This document shows positions 11,608 to 20,616 of a stretch of 64,000 bases of DNA, piece by piece. The DNA lies in contig CBFFRQ010000019.1 of the NCBI GenBank assembly GCA_965644315.1, positions 248,001-312,000 on the forward strand. The letters run 5' to 3'. Both the position numbers and the translations under genes were made by a program. The stretch is from Caecitellus pseudoparvulus (taxonomy: Eukaryota > Protista > Bigyra: Bicosoecida). The notes below the pieces were generated by a model. It searched no databases and was not told the origin of the DNA. It saw only the letters and a list, made by a program, of their open reading frames with translations. Numbering within the stretch: the first letter of the stretch is position 1; every line of letters begins with the position of its first letter.

Positions 11608-12517
11608 TCAGCACCGCGGCTCAAACAGGGATCTCAGGGGTGTCCGGGAAGCTATTTCCGTACCTTTTTGCTGAGATGTCGGGTATCCCAACCGTAGGGG
11701 GGTGCCCCCCCTCATGGACCCCCCCTCGCCGCCCGTGTCCAAGTTGCTGGGAGACGCTCCTCCCTCCTCCATCCGTTTGCCGGCTCTGGGACGCAGGCAC
11801 GTCGCCAGCAGCTCCCCCCAGGCACCCTCGCTCACACCCTCAGGTGCCTGCGTCCACCCCTGCTCGATCTTGCCCAGCAACGCCGCAGGCGTCTCCACCA
11901 TGATGCCGGCCATGAGCCCCGCGAGGCGCTCCACCGCAGCCACGTCCTCAGCAGGCCCCACCACGGCAGTGTGCAGCGCCTTCAGTACGTCTGGCTGCGC
12001 CAGTGCGGCCACTGTACTCGCCACGCGCAGCTCCTGCGCAGGCAGCCTTGCTGTGTGAGTCAGCCATGCGCACACGTGCAGGCACGCATTGCGGCCACTC
12101 ACCGCACGTATGAAAGCCCACTTGGCACTGCTGACAGCAGTCGGATTGACATCGGCGTCGTCCAGTCGGTGGAAGGCTTTCTTCACTTGCTCCTTGTCGG
12201 GGTCGGGCAGGGTGGCCAGGGCGTCCTTGAAGTGGCTCTCAAATCGCAGGTCTCACCTCAGCACGGTCAGTCTTCAGCGACTTGCGTGGCACCAAAGCAA
12301 AAACCAGAGCTTGATTTTCTTGCCTTGTCAAGGACAAGGAGGCTGTCAGACACCACGCTTTCCCCTGCATTGTTTCCAGACGCATGTAGCCAACGTTCCC
12401 ATCGGGTGCGACACGGGTTGCTGGATCAGGTTGGTTCGCGCATCCGGGTACTTTTGAGATGCCTGGGTTCAAGCGCAATCCTCTCATCACTCCATGCGCT
12501 GCCGGCGCTGCATACAT
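11608..12517 (-). CDS. Hypothetical protein, multi-exon, boundaries uncertain
   Basis: Coding-like codon usage in 11700-12190. Plausible donors GAG|GTGAGA and GCG|GTGAGT keep the frame. No family recognised. Confidence 0.35.
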
Positions 12518-12604
12518 ATCTGGGCTCTGCTTGTGCTTGCTGTGGGCTTGAGCCACGCGTTTAGTGTGTGGGCGGAGCTTGGCGTTTCGTGTGCGTTTCC
12601 AACC

Positions 12605-13470
12605 ATGGCCGCCGTCGACCCAGCAGCTCTCCTGTCGGCTCAGCTGGAGGACATCATTGGTGGCGGCGGAGCAGGAGGCAAGATTATCCTTCCGCCACCT
12701 ACCACTGCTGCCGCCATGATGCAAGCTGGCGTGAACGCGGCAGGGGTGAGCGGCAGCCTGGGCGGCAGCACCGTGTTTCGAGCTGGAGGGATGCCTCTCC
12801 CGGCTGCGTTCGGGTGGGCGCAGGAAGGCATGGCGCCCCGCGTACCGCTGGTGCCGACAGTGCTGCAGGGACAGCCTGCCCACACCCTGCCCCAAGACCC
12901 CATGTGGTGGATGGAGACGTGTCCCGCCAAAACGGGCATCAGCTTCATCGTGGGTGGCGGGTTGGGCCTCGTCACCGGCATCGTCCTGGGAGGCTGGCAG
13001 TCCTACGCACCCCCCATGCCGTTCCCTGGCGCCCCCGAGCCCCCCCGTGTGCGGCCACTGGCAGCGGTGCGTTGTGCCACGTACTACCCCCCTGCGCCAC
13101 ACACACACACACCCCTACACAAACACTACCCTGCCGCACAGCTGTATGAGACTGGCGAGATGATGGGCAGCAAGAGCGTTTCGTGGATGAAGAACTTCGC
13201 GAAGGTGGGCGGCATCTTCTCTGCCGTGGAGTGCGTCGTGGAAAAGAGCAGGGGCAAGCACGACATCCAGAACAGTGTTATCTCAGGCTGCATCGCTGGG
13301 GCGGCACTGTCGTACAAGAACGGCGCTGCCGCCATGGCTGCTGGCTGTGGTGGCTTCGCTGCCTTCTCCGTCGTCATCGGTGCGTGCTGCGTTGAGACGT
13401 GGTGCACTGCCGGTGCGGCGCGCACGCACCCGCGTTCGCCCGCACAGACTTGGTCATGGCACCGCACTGA
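12605..13470 (+). CDS. TIM22: Mitochondrial import inner membrane translocase Tim22 (Tim17 family); introns ~13067-13141 and ~13380-13447
   Basis: 'METCPAKTGISFIVGGGLG', 'KNFAKVGGIFSAVECVVEKSRGKHDIQNSVISGCIAGAAL', 'GCGGFAAFSVVID'. Confidence 0.88.
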
Positions 13471-13764
13471 GCACGGCAGACAAAGGAACGCAGCACAAAG
13501 GGTGTGCTTGGGTGCGTCTGGACCCCTGCGGAGGCAGGGCTTGGGCGGGAGCGGCGCATGGTTAGGAGACTAAGCTGGAGCCCCCGTGACGAGCAGCCCA
13601 GCGGGGCCTGTGCGCCACCCCGCACAAAGCAATTGAACAAAACCATCAAATCCATACTTGTACAACCGCACACACACGCCTCGTCACTCGCACCTCAGTG
13701 AATTCTCGACCATTGCTCACTTCTGAGCACTGAATCTAGAAGTTCCAGCGTACTCCAGTTCACG

Positions 13765-14734
13765 ATGCCGCGGTGAGTGCCTGCACCAGCTCACACCCAC
13801 AAGCATGCCGCGCACCCCTGTACACCTTACCCTTATCACACCTTTCATGCTCGCCCCCTCCCCTTGCAGTCGCGGTGGCGGTAGCTGTGCGTAGTTCTTG
13901 CGGCGGCGTGCTGTGCGGAATTACGCGGCTCACTTCACTCGGCCGCCTTGTCTCCCCCACGCCCCACAGCCCGATCATCTGGCCGCAGCAGCGGCGGTGG
14001 TCTCTTCGGTGGCCTGGGCCGCAGCTCTTCCCCCCGTGCCCCAGCACGTGCAGCCCCGTGCGTTCCAATGTGCCGTGTGTCTTTGCCTCCAGCGGTGTGT
14101 CGGATGCTTCTGCAGGGCCTGCAGCGTGTTGCCCAACAGCCACTGCGCTGGTGGCAGTCTCGTGAACAGTGTCATGTTTCATGCACGCTGGCTGAGCACG
14201 TATTGCTGGGGACCCGTGAGAGGTGTGCTTTGCGCGGCTACGTTTCTTCGTATTTCCCGCGCCTTCCGCCGAAACGCTCCGACGAACTCCCGCACAGCAC
14301 CCGACCCCCGCCCCCTCCTCAGACGCAAGCCGACGCCCCCTCCCGCGAGGACCACCTCAGCTGCACCCCCTGCCACCCAGAGCTCCAGTGGTGGCGGCAT
14401 GATGAGCGGCCTCATGGGCTCCGTCATGCAGGGCATGGCTTTTGGCGGTGGCTCCGCCGTGGCACATCGTGCCGTGGATGCCATTGCAGGCCCCCGCACG
14501 ATGCAGGTGGAACACGTGGGGCAGGGGGGCGCCGCCCCCGCTGCTGCTGACGGCGCTGCCCCTGCTGCCTCCGCAGGTGCCGGCGCTGGCAGCAAGCAGC
14601 AGCCCGTGGCCTGCTCCGATTACCAGACCCAGTTCACCTCCTGCATGAACGAGAACCAGGCCAACATCTCCCAGTGCCAGGTGTACTTCGACATGTTCAG
14701 GGACTGCCAGGCCAACCAGCAGTTCGCATCGTGA
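13765..14734 (+). CDS. CHCHD2: CHCHD2/CHCHD10/Mix17 family mitochondrial CHCH protein; exons ~13765-13772, 13870-13886, 13970-14057, 14323-14734
   Basis: Spliced N-terminus 'MPRRGGGSSRSSGR', 'GSVMQGMAFGGGSAVAHRAVDAI' and twin CX9C motifs 'CSDYQTQFTSC...CQVYFDMFRDC'. Confidence 0.88.
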
Positions 14735-14771
14735 GGGTCCTGCCGTCTCGCAATGCATTCCTTCTCCCTCG

Positions 14772-17700
14772 TCACTTCTCCAGGCTCACGTCGCCGTCAG
14801 CGTCGGGCGCTGGCGCGGCTTCACCCTCACCCTCAGCCGCGGCGTCGGCGGCAGGGGCAGACTCAGCCCCCTCGCCTTCAGGCGTTGACTGGGCACCCTC
14901 CTCACCCGCAGGCTTGTCGCCGCCCTCGGCAGCTGCATCAGCGGCTGCTGCAGCGGGCGCCTCAGTGGTGGGTGGCGGGGTGGGCGCTGGCTTGGGCTTG
15001 TTCACGATGGGGTCGCACTCCCCCCGCAGCGACGCCACCCGGCCCTGGATGTCAGCCACCTTCAGCGCCGGCTCCTCGTGCAGGCGCAGGCCTGCCTGCT
15101 TGCCCTGCAGGTCGCGCAGCCAGTCTTCAGCCTTGCTGCAGGCGCTACGAACCGTGTCGCGGTCGGTGTCCGTCAAGTGCTCGTTGGCCTCCGTGACCAC
15201 CTGCACTGACGAGCGGTACTGCTCCACCAGCGCCAGCAGGCTCTCCACGGCTGGCTCCCGGGCCTCGAACTCCACGTGGCGGCGCTTGATGGGGTCCCCC
15301 ACCTCTTGCAGTGCCGCCAGCTTGGCGGCGTACGTCTCCAGCTCCGCGTCGAAGCCGTCGCCGTACAGCCAGTCCTCCATGGCGTTCAGCTGCTCCAGCA
15401 GGGAGTCCCGCGTGTCGCTGTCCACGAACGGCTCCAGGCGCTCCCCCAGCGCGCTACGCATGTCGTACACGTACGTCTCCAGCTCGTTGCGCTTGGCCAG
15501 GGTGGCCCGGATGGCGGCGTCCACCGTCTGCATCTTACGCTCGGCGGCCTGCGCGGCAGCCAGCCCTGCCTCGTCCAGGCCCAGGCTGCCGCCCGTCACC
15601 TTGACCTTCAGCTCGGTGCAGCGCACCTTCTTCTTGGCAGGCGCAGGGGCAGGGGCAGGGGCAGGGGCGGCTTTGGCGTCACCCTCCTTGGCAGCGGCGG
15701 CATCGCCCTCGGGTGTGTCGGCAGAGGGGGTGGCGGCGGGCGTCTCGCCCTCGGCAGCCTTGGTGTCACCCTCAGCAGCCTTGGCATCGCCCTCAGCAGG
15801 TGTGGCATCGCCCTCACCCTCCTTGGCCTCTGGCGCAGCGGGTGCAGGGGCAGGGGCAGGCTCCGCCTTGATCTCCTGCCGCATCTCTGCGCGGAGGACG
15901 TTGAAGAGGCCCGACATGTCCATGGTGAAGTCCACGCGGATCTTGGGGGGGTCCTTGCCCTCCTCCCCCGCTGCCACGCCGGAAATGGCGAAGTCCCCGA
16001 TGGAGGTGGGCTGGCCCACCGGCAGCGCCACACCCGCCTCCTCGTCTGTCACGTACTCTGCCCGCACGGTGAAGTCCCCGAACTGCTTGAAGGTGATGCG
16101 GCGGCGGGCCACAGGCCAGCCCTCCCCGCGCTTGAACAGCAGCTTGGTGGTTTCGGCAGCCGCGCCCCCTCCGGCGCCGGCAGCGGCGAGGTCGGTGTCC
16201 CCCTCCTCGTCCACGCTCTGGTCCCCCCATGAGATGCGGATGGGGTACTCCAGCAGGTCTGTCACGTCGAACTCCTTCACGCGGATGGCAGGGGAGATCT
16301 GGGCGCAGGCCAGCGCGCAGCCACGCGCCACACACTCGTCAGGGTTCTGCGTGGACAGCAGGCCGTGACCGGAGGCCTCGTCCAGCGGCAGCCCCAGCGC
16401 CGTGGCGATGGCGCGCTTGACGATGCGGGGGCGGGACGCGCCGCCCAGCAGCTCGATGGCGTCGAAGGCGGCGCCGTCGGGCACGCCGGCCTGGCTCAGT
16501 GCGGCTTTGACGACGCCCGCAACGCGGTCGGCGACGTCGGAGGCCAGCTCCTCGAACTTCTCAATGCTCAGCTTGCTGTTGTAGTCCTGCTCCATGGCCA
16601 GGTACTCCACGGACACGGAGGCCTGGGTGACGCCGTGGGGGGACAGGGTCTTCTTGGCCTTCTCTGCTGCCTTCAGCAGCTTCATGCGGGGCTTGGGCTT
16701 GCCCCAGATGTCTGTGCCCACCTTGGCGCCGAACTCCGCCGCGAAGTGCTTGGCCAGGGCGGCGTCGATGTCCCGCCCGCCAGCCTGCAGGTCATAGGCG
16801 GTGCCCTTGACCTTGAGGGAGGTGTTGGTGAACTCCACGACGGTGGCGGTGAAGGCGTTGTGCCCCGCGTCAAGGAACAGCACCGTGGAGCCCTTGTCGG
16901 AGAACTGCTGCTTGGCGCCGCGGAACATGCCGTAGGAGAGCGCCGAGGCGGTGTTCTCGTTCAGCAGGCGCAGCACGCGGAGGCCGGCGATGTTGGCGGC
17001 GTCCACCACTGCCGTGCGCATCTTCTGCGTGAAGAAGGGCGGCACGGACAGCACGACGTCCTTCATGCCGGCGCCGGAGTTGGAGTCGGCGACGATGTCG
17101 CTGATGGCGCCCAGCTGGATGGCGAGGGCCTGCTGGGGCGTGAACACCGTCGGCTTGCCGTCGTAGTCCACTTCGATGCCCACCTCGTCCCCCTCCAGCT
17201 GCACGATGTTGAACAGGTGCGCCACCTCCTTGTCGGCCTGCACGACGGGGTCTGAGAACTTGCGCCCGATCAACCGCTTCAGCTGTGTGATGGTGTTGCG
17301 GTAGTTCGAAGAGGCCTGCGCGGGGAGGGGGTGGGGCACGGCGTGAGGCGGCGCGGTGGTCTGACCGCCAAGCCAGTGCGCATTGCTGACACGCCAGGCA
17401 CTGCATGAAGAGGACTGCGCTGCCAGGTGCAGTGGGTAAGGGGGTGCAGCAGCATGCCCCCCTCATGCAAGTGCAATACGTCTTGCCACACGGGGTGCAG
17501 GGCTCCCAGCAGGCGCGGTGTGGCGCCATGAAAGGGGGGGGGGCGTGGGTGGAAATTGACGTTCCAGCCATCGAACGGCACGCACCTGGTTCGCAGCTGC
17601 CTCCAGCGTGAGGCGCTCGTTGCCGGCAAACGCCACAACAGCTCTGTGGGTGTGAATGCAAGCGGGTGTGCATGCGCTGCGGGTGCAGCGTTCACGCTGG

Positions 17701-17827
17701 CGGCGCAAAATACGTACGGGTTCAGGCGCTTGGAGCTTCCATTCAGCAGCACGTCCACGCCGCGGGCCCGAACCTGGGCCACGACCAGGTGGGCGTTGCC
17801 GAAGTCAACACCAACGATGTTGCTCAT
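14772..17827 (-). CDS. Hsp110/Sse1 (HSPA4-like) Hsp70-family nucleotide exchange factor; two 5' introns
   Basis: 'MSNIVGVDFGN...NGSSKRLNP', 'LRLLNENTASALSYG', 'NPDECVARGCALACA', 'KRNELETYVYDMR', 'EDWLYGDG', plus an acidic/Pro insertion. Strong codon bias. Confidence 0.92.
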
Positions 17828-18402
17828 GGTGCTGCTGGTGTGTGGTGACCTGGAACCTGCAGGTTCGTCGGCGCTCGGTGAAAGGGGAGGGACCTTTCGA
17901 GCGCGCTGGCCAGTTGCGTTTCGAGTCGAAACGCTGTGGAACTGACTATGACTCTGGGCGCTGCACGGGGCATGCAACACAGATCAGTCTTGGGAATGTG
18001 CCAGCTGGCGAGTGCTTGCATGGGAAAGGGGTCGCACTTGAGACAGTCTGTGCGAGGGGGCTTGTGGCCCCCTCTTCGACCATGCTTCGCAGGGACAGCT
18101 GCGCCGTGGCAGCTCCAGCCGGGGTGGGCAAGAACGGCCTCGAAGGCAGTCCACGTCTGAGTACTCGCGGTAAAAACACACACTCCAACTCAACTGCTTC
18201 CTCCACTCCTTCAGGGTGTCTGGAATGCTTCCACTGCATTGCCACCAGTCTGCTGCAGACTGACTTGGCCACTTGCGTGTTGCGCCCCAAACTCCGCTCA
18301 CCGGCTAAGCACCGGCACGCCCAGCGTGCACGATACCAGCAGCGCGCGTGCCGCAGCTGGAACGGGGTCGAATCCTGTCTCCTATCAGCATCCACGGTCG
18401 CT

Positions 18403-19036
18403 ATGGCACTGCGTTGCGCCACCGCTGCGTGGCGACTGCCTCTGCGTCAAGGCGTGACGTGGCGCCGAATGTGCAGTGCGGCGCTTGATGACATTATCAT
18501 GACGCCAGAGTGCATCCAGGTGCGCAGAGCCCACGCGTGAGCCACTTCCTGGCCGCCACTGGCACGCTGACACCCGCCGCGTCACAGCAACTGACCTCCA
18601 TTGCTAGCCGGCCACACGTGGACGAAGCCACAGCCAAGCTGCGCGTGGCTGTGAACGAGGGGGGCTGCAGCGGCTTCGAGTATTCATTCGAAATGGACAC
18701 ACAGCCTCCTGGAGAGACGGACGTGTGCGTACCCGTCTGCCCCGGTGCCGCTCGCACGCCACACCCCGAACGCACCACAATTCCCGGTATCGCCGCAGGG
18801 TGTTTGAGCGCGGCCTCGCACGCGTCGTGGTGGACGCCACGTCGCTGGAACTGCTGCGCGGCTCAAGTATCGGCTGGGAAGACGAAATGGTGGGTCAGCG
18901 CTTCGTGGTGCTGAACAACCCCAACGCAGACGCAGGGTGTGGGTGCGGCGTGTCCTTCGCGCCCAAGGCAGACGCCCCCCTCGGAGCCAGCACGGGAGGG
19001 GGGGTCGACGGCGACGAGGAGGACGATGATGACTAG
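18403..19036 (+). CDS. ISCA2: Iron-sulfur cluster assembly protein IscA2 (HesB family), mitochondrial; two introns
   Basis: Arg-rich presequence, 'LRVAVNEGGCSGFEYSF', 'VVVDATSLELLRGS', 'NNPNADAGCGCGVSF'. Confidence 0.9.
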
Positions 19037-20508
19037 TGCCCTGCGGAGCTGGGAATGTTCACGACAGCCACTGCAGTGCTGGCGAAGCGGGGCTTGCGGC
19101 GGCGCCCAGCGGCACCCCGGCCCCCCTCAGCAGCCAGCGCACCCCCCCTCTCCTCCTCCCCTTCCGGCTTGGCCTCTGTCTGAGTGCTGGGCACGTGCTG
19201 TGCCAGAGCCAGCGCCAGGAGCAGGCGGCGCTTGGAGTCCGGGTGCATGCGGCGCAGCGCCTTGCAGGTGGGCGGCAGGGTGATGGGCAGGGGCGTGACG
19301 AAGTACTTCATGCCCGACACAAAGTACGTGTCCCGCACAGCGCCGTCAGGGGGTGTGGGTGCCGGGGAGGGGTCTTGGGGGCTGCTGCCCAGGCTGGCCA
19401 TGAGCCCCTTGATCTTGGCGTTGCCCTCGTGCGCCACCCCCACGAAGTGCGTGATGCCGTGCCGCAGGGCCACCTGGCTCAGCGCCCACATGAGCAGCGT
19501 GCCCAATCCACACTGGTGCAGGGGGTCTGCCACGGTGATGGCCATCTCTGCAGTGCTGCTGGCAGCGCCGCTGCCGCCGCCCTCCCCTGCCGCGGCCTGG
19601 GCAGCGGGGGAGTGTGCTGCACTGTAGGCAGGGTGGTCATGTGTGCGCCCCTTCAGGCTGGCTGTCAGGCGGGGTGTGCCGGGCGCTGCCTGCCGCATGG
19701 CGCTGAGGGCTCCCTGCAACGCGGCCTTGGCAGTCCCCGGCCCAGACGTCACGATACGGAATTCACCCTTCCCCGGGTCTTCCACCCGCACATACCTGGC
19801 GACGCCAACACCCACGCCCTCTTCTTCCGCTCCTGCTGCGGCTCGCACGTCCGCATCCACGACAGAGATGCCCCATGCGAAGCGATCGAAGAGGTCTAAG
19901 TCCACCAAATACCGCAGCTCGACCGAGCTCAGCCCGTCCACCGGGCGCAGGAAGCGCATGAACAAGGACTGCCGGCTCAGCAGGGAGGCCATGCCTCGCT
20001 GCAGCTGCTTGGCGTCTGTCGGCAAGATGGGGCGCATGACGAAGTCCAGAGGCACCAGCTCCGGCGCAGCGCGGTCGTCGCCTGTGCTGCTGGGCTGCGA
20101 AGCACGGCTCGGCGTGGCCAGCTTCCCTTCCTTCAGGGATTCGATGAGCGCAGCCTTGCATGCGACTGGCACGCTCAGCGTGAAGGGCACCGTACTCAGG
20201 CGTGCCGCCTCCTCCCGAAGCCGGGGCGTGTCGCCTCCGTGAGCTGGAGGGGCAGGGCTCAGTTTCCGCTCTTCGGGCACTGTGAGCGACAGCTGCGGGC
20301 TGCCACTCTCCGGGCCCGTGCTCGACCCACTGGGTGTCGGACTTGTATCTGGGTGATGTGAACCTTGCTCTGCCGTGCCTGCTTCGTGCTGTGGGCTGCT
20401 TGGTGTCGACACAGCGCCACTGTCTGGCGTGCCTGAGCCCTGCACAACCTGCTGCCCTCCTCGCCGCAGCACATTACGTGCAAAGGCACGCTTCAAGGTG
20501 GACGCCAT
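19033..20508 (-). CDS. GNAT N-acetyltransferase, bacterial Pat/Rv0998-like
   Basis: 'RPILPTDAKQL...LSRQSLFMRFL', 'GVGVARYVR', 'AEMAITVADPLHQCGLGTLL', 'GITHFVGVAHEGN'. Appears intronless. Confidence 0.75.
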   Translation of the reverse strand: MASTLKRAFARNVLRRGGQQVVQGSGTPDSGAVSTPSSPQHEAGTAEQGSHHPDTSPTPSGSSTGPESGSPQLSLTVPEERKLSPAPPAHGGDTPRLREEAARLSTVPFTLSVPVACKAALIESLKEGKLATPSRASQPSSTGDDRAAPELVPLDFVMRPILPTDAKQLQRGMASLLSRQSLFMRFLRPVDGLSSVELRYLVDLDLFDRFAWGISVVDADVRAAAGAEEEGVGVGVARYVRVEDPGKGEFRIVTSGPGTAKAALQGALSAMRQAAPGTPRLTASLKGRTHDHPAYSAAHSPAAQAAAGEGGGSGAASSTAEMAITVADPLHQCGLGTLLMWALSQVALRHGITHFVGVAHEGNAKIKGLMASLGSSPQDPSPAPTPPDGAVRDTYFVSGMKYFVTPLPITLPPTCKALRRMHPDSKRRLLLALALAQHVPSTQTEAKPEGEEERGGALAAEGGRGAAGRRRKPRFASTAVAVVNIPSSAGH

Positions 20509-20616
20509 GGCCACGCACGCTGGCGGGGCCCTGGCCACAGCTGGCACTGAAACTCGACGCGGTGCATTGCTGTGGGTGTCTGGGAAGTGCCCAGCTCTCC
20601 CAAGTGTGGGAGCGCC

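Noticed and set aside
14674-17255. Long + strand ORFs (564, 318 and 296 aa) opposite Hsp110
   Set aside because: Antisense shadows produced by high GC and strong codon bias; no motifs.
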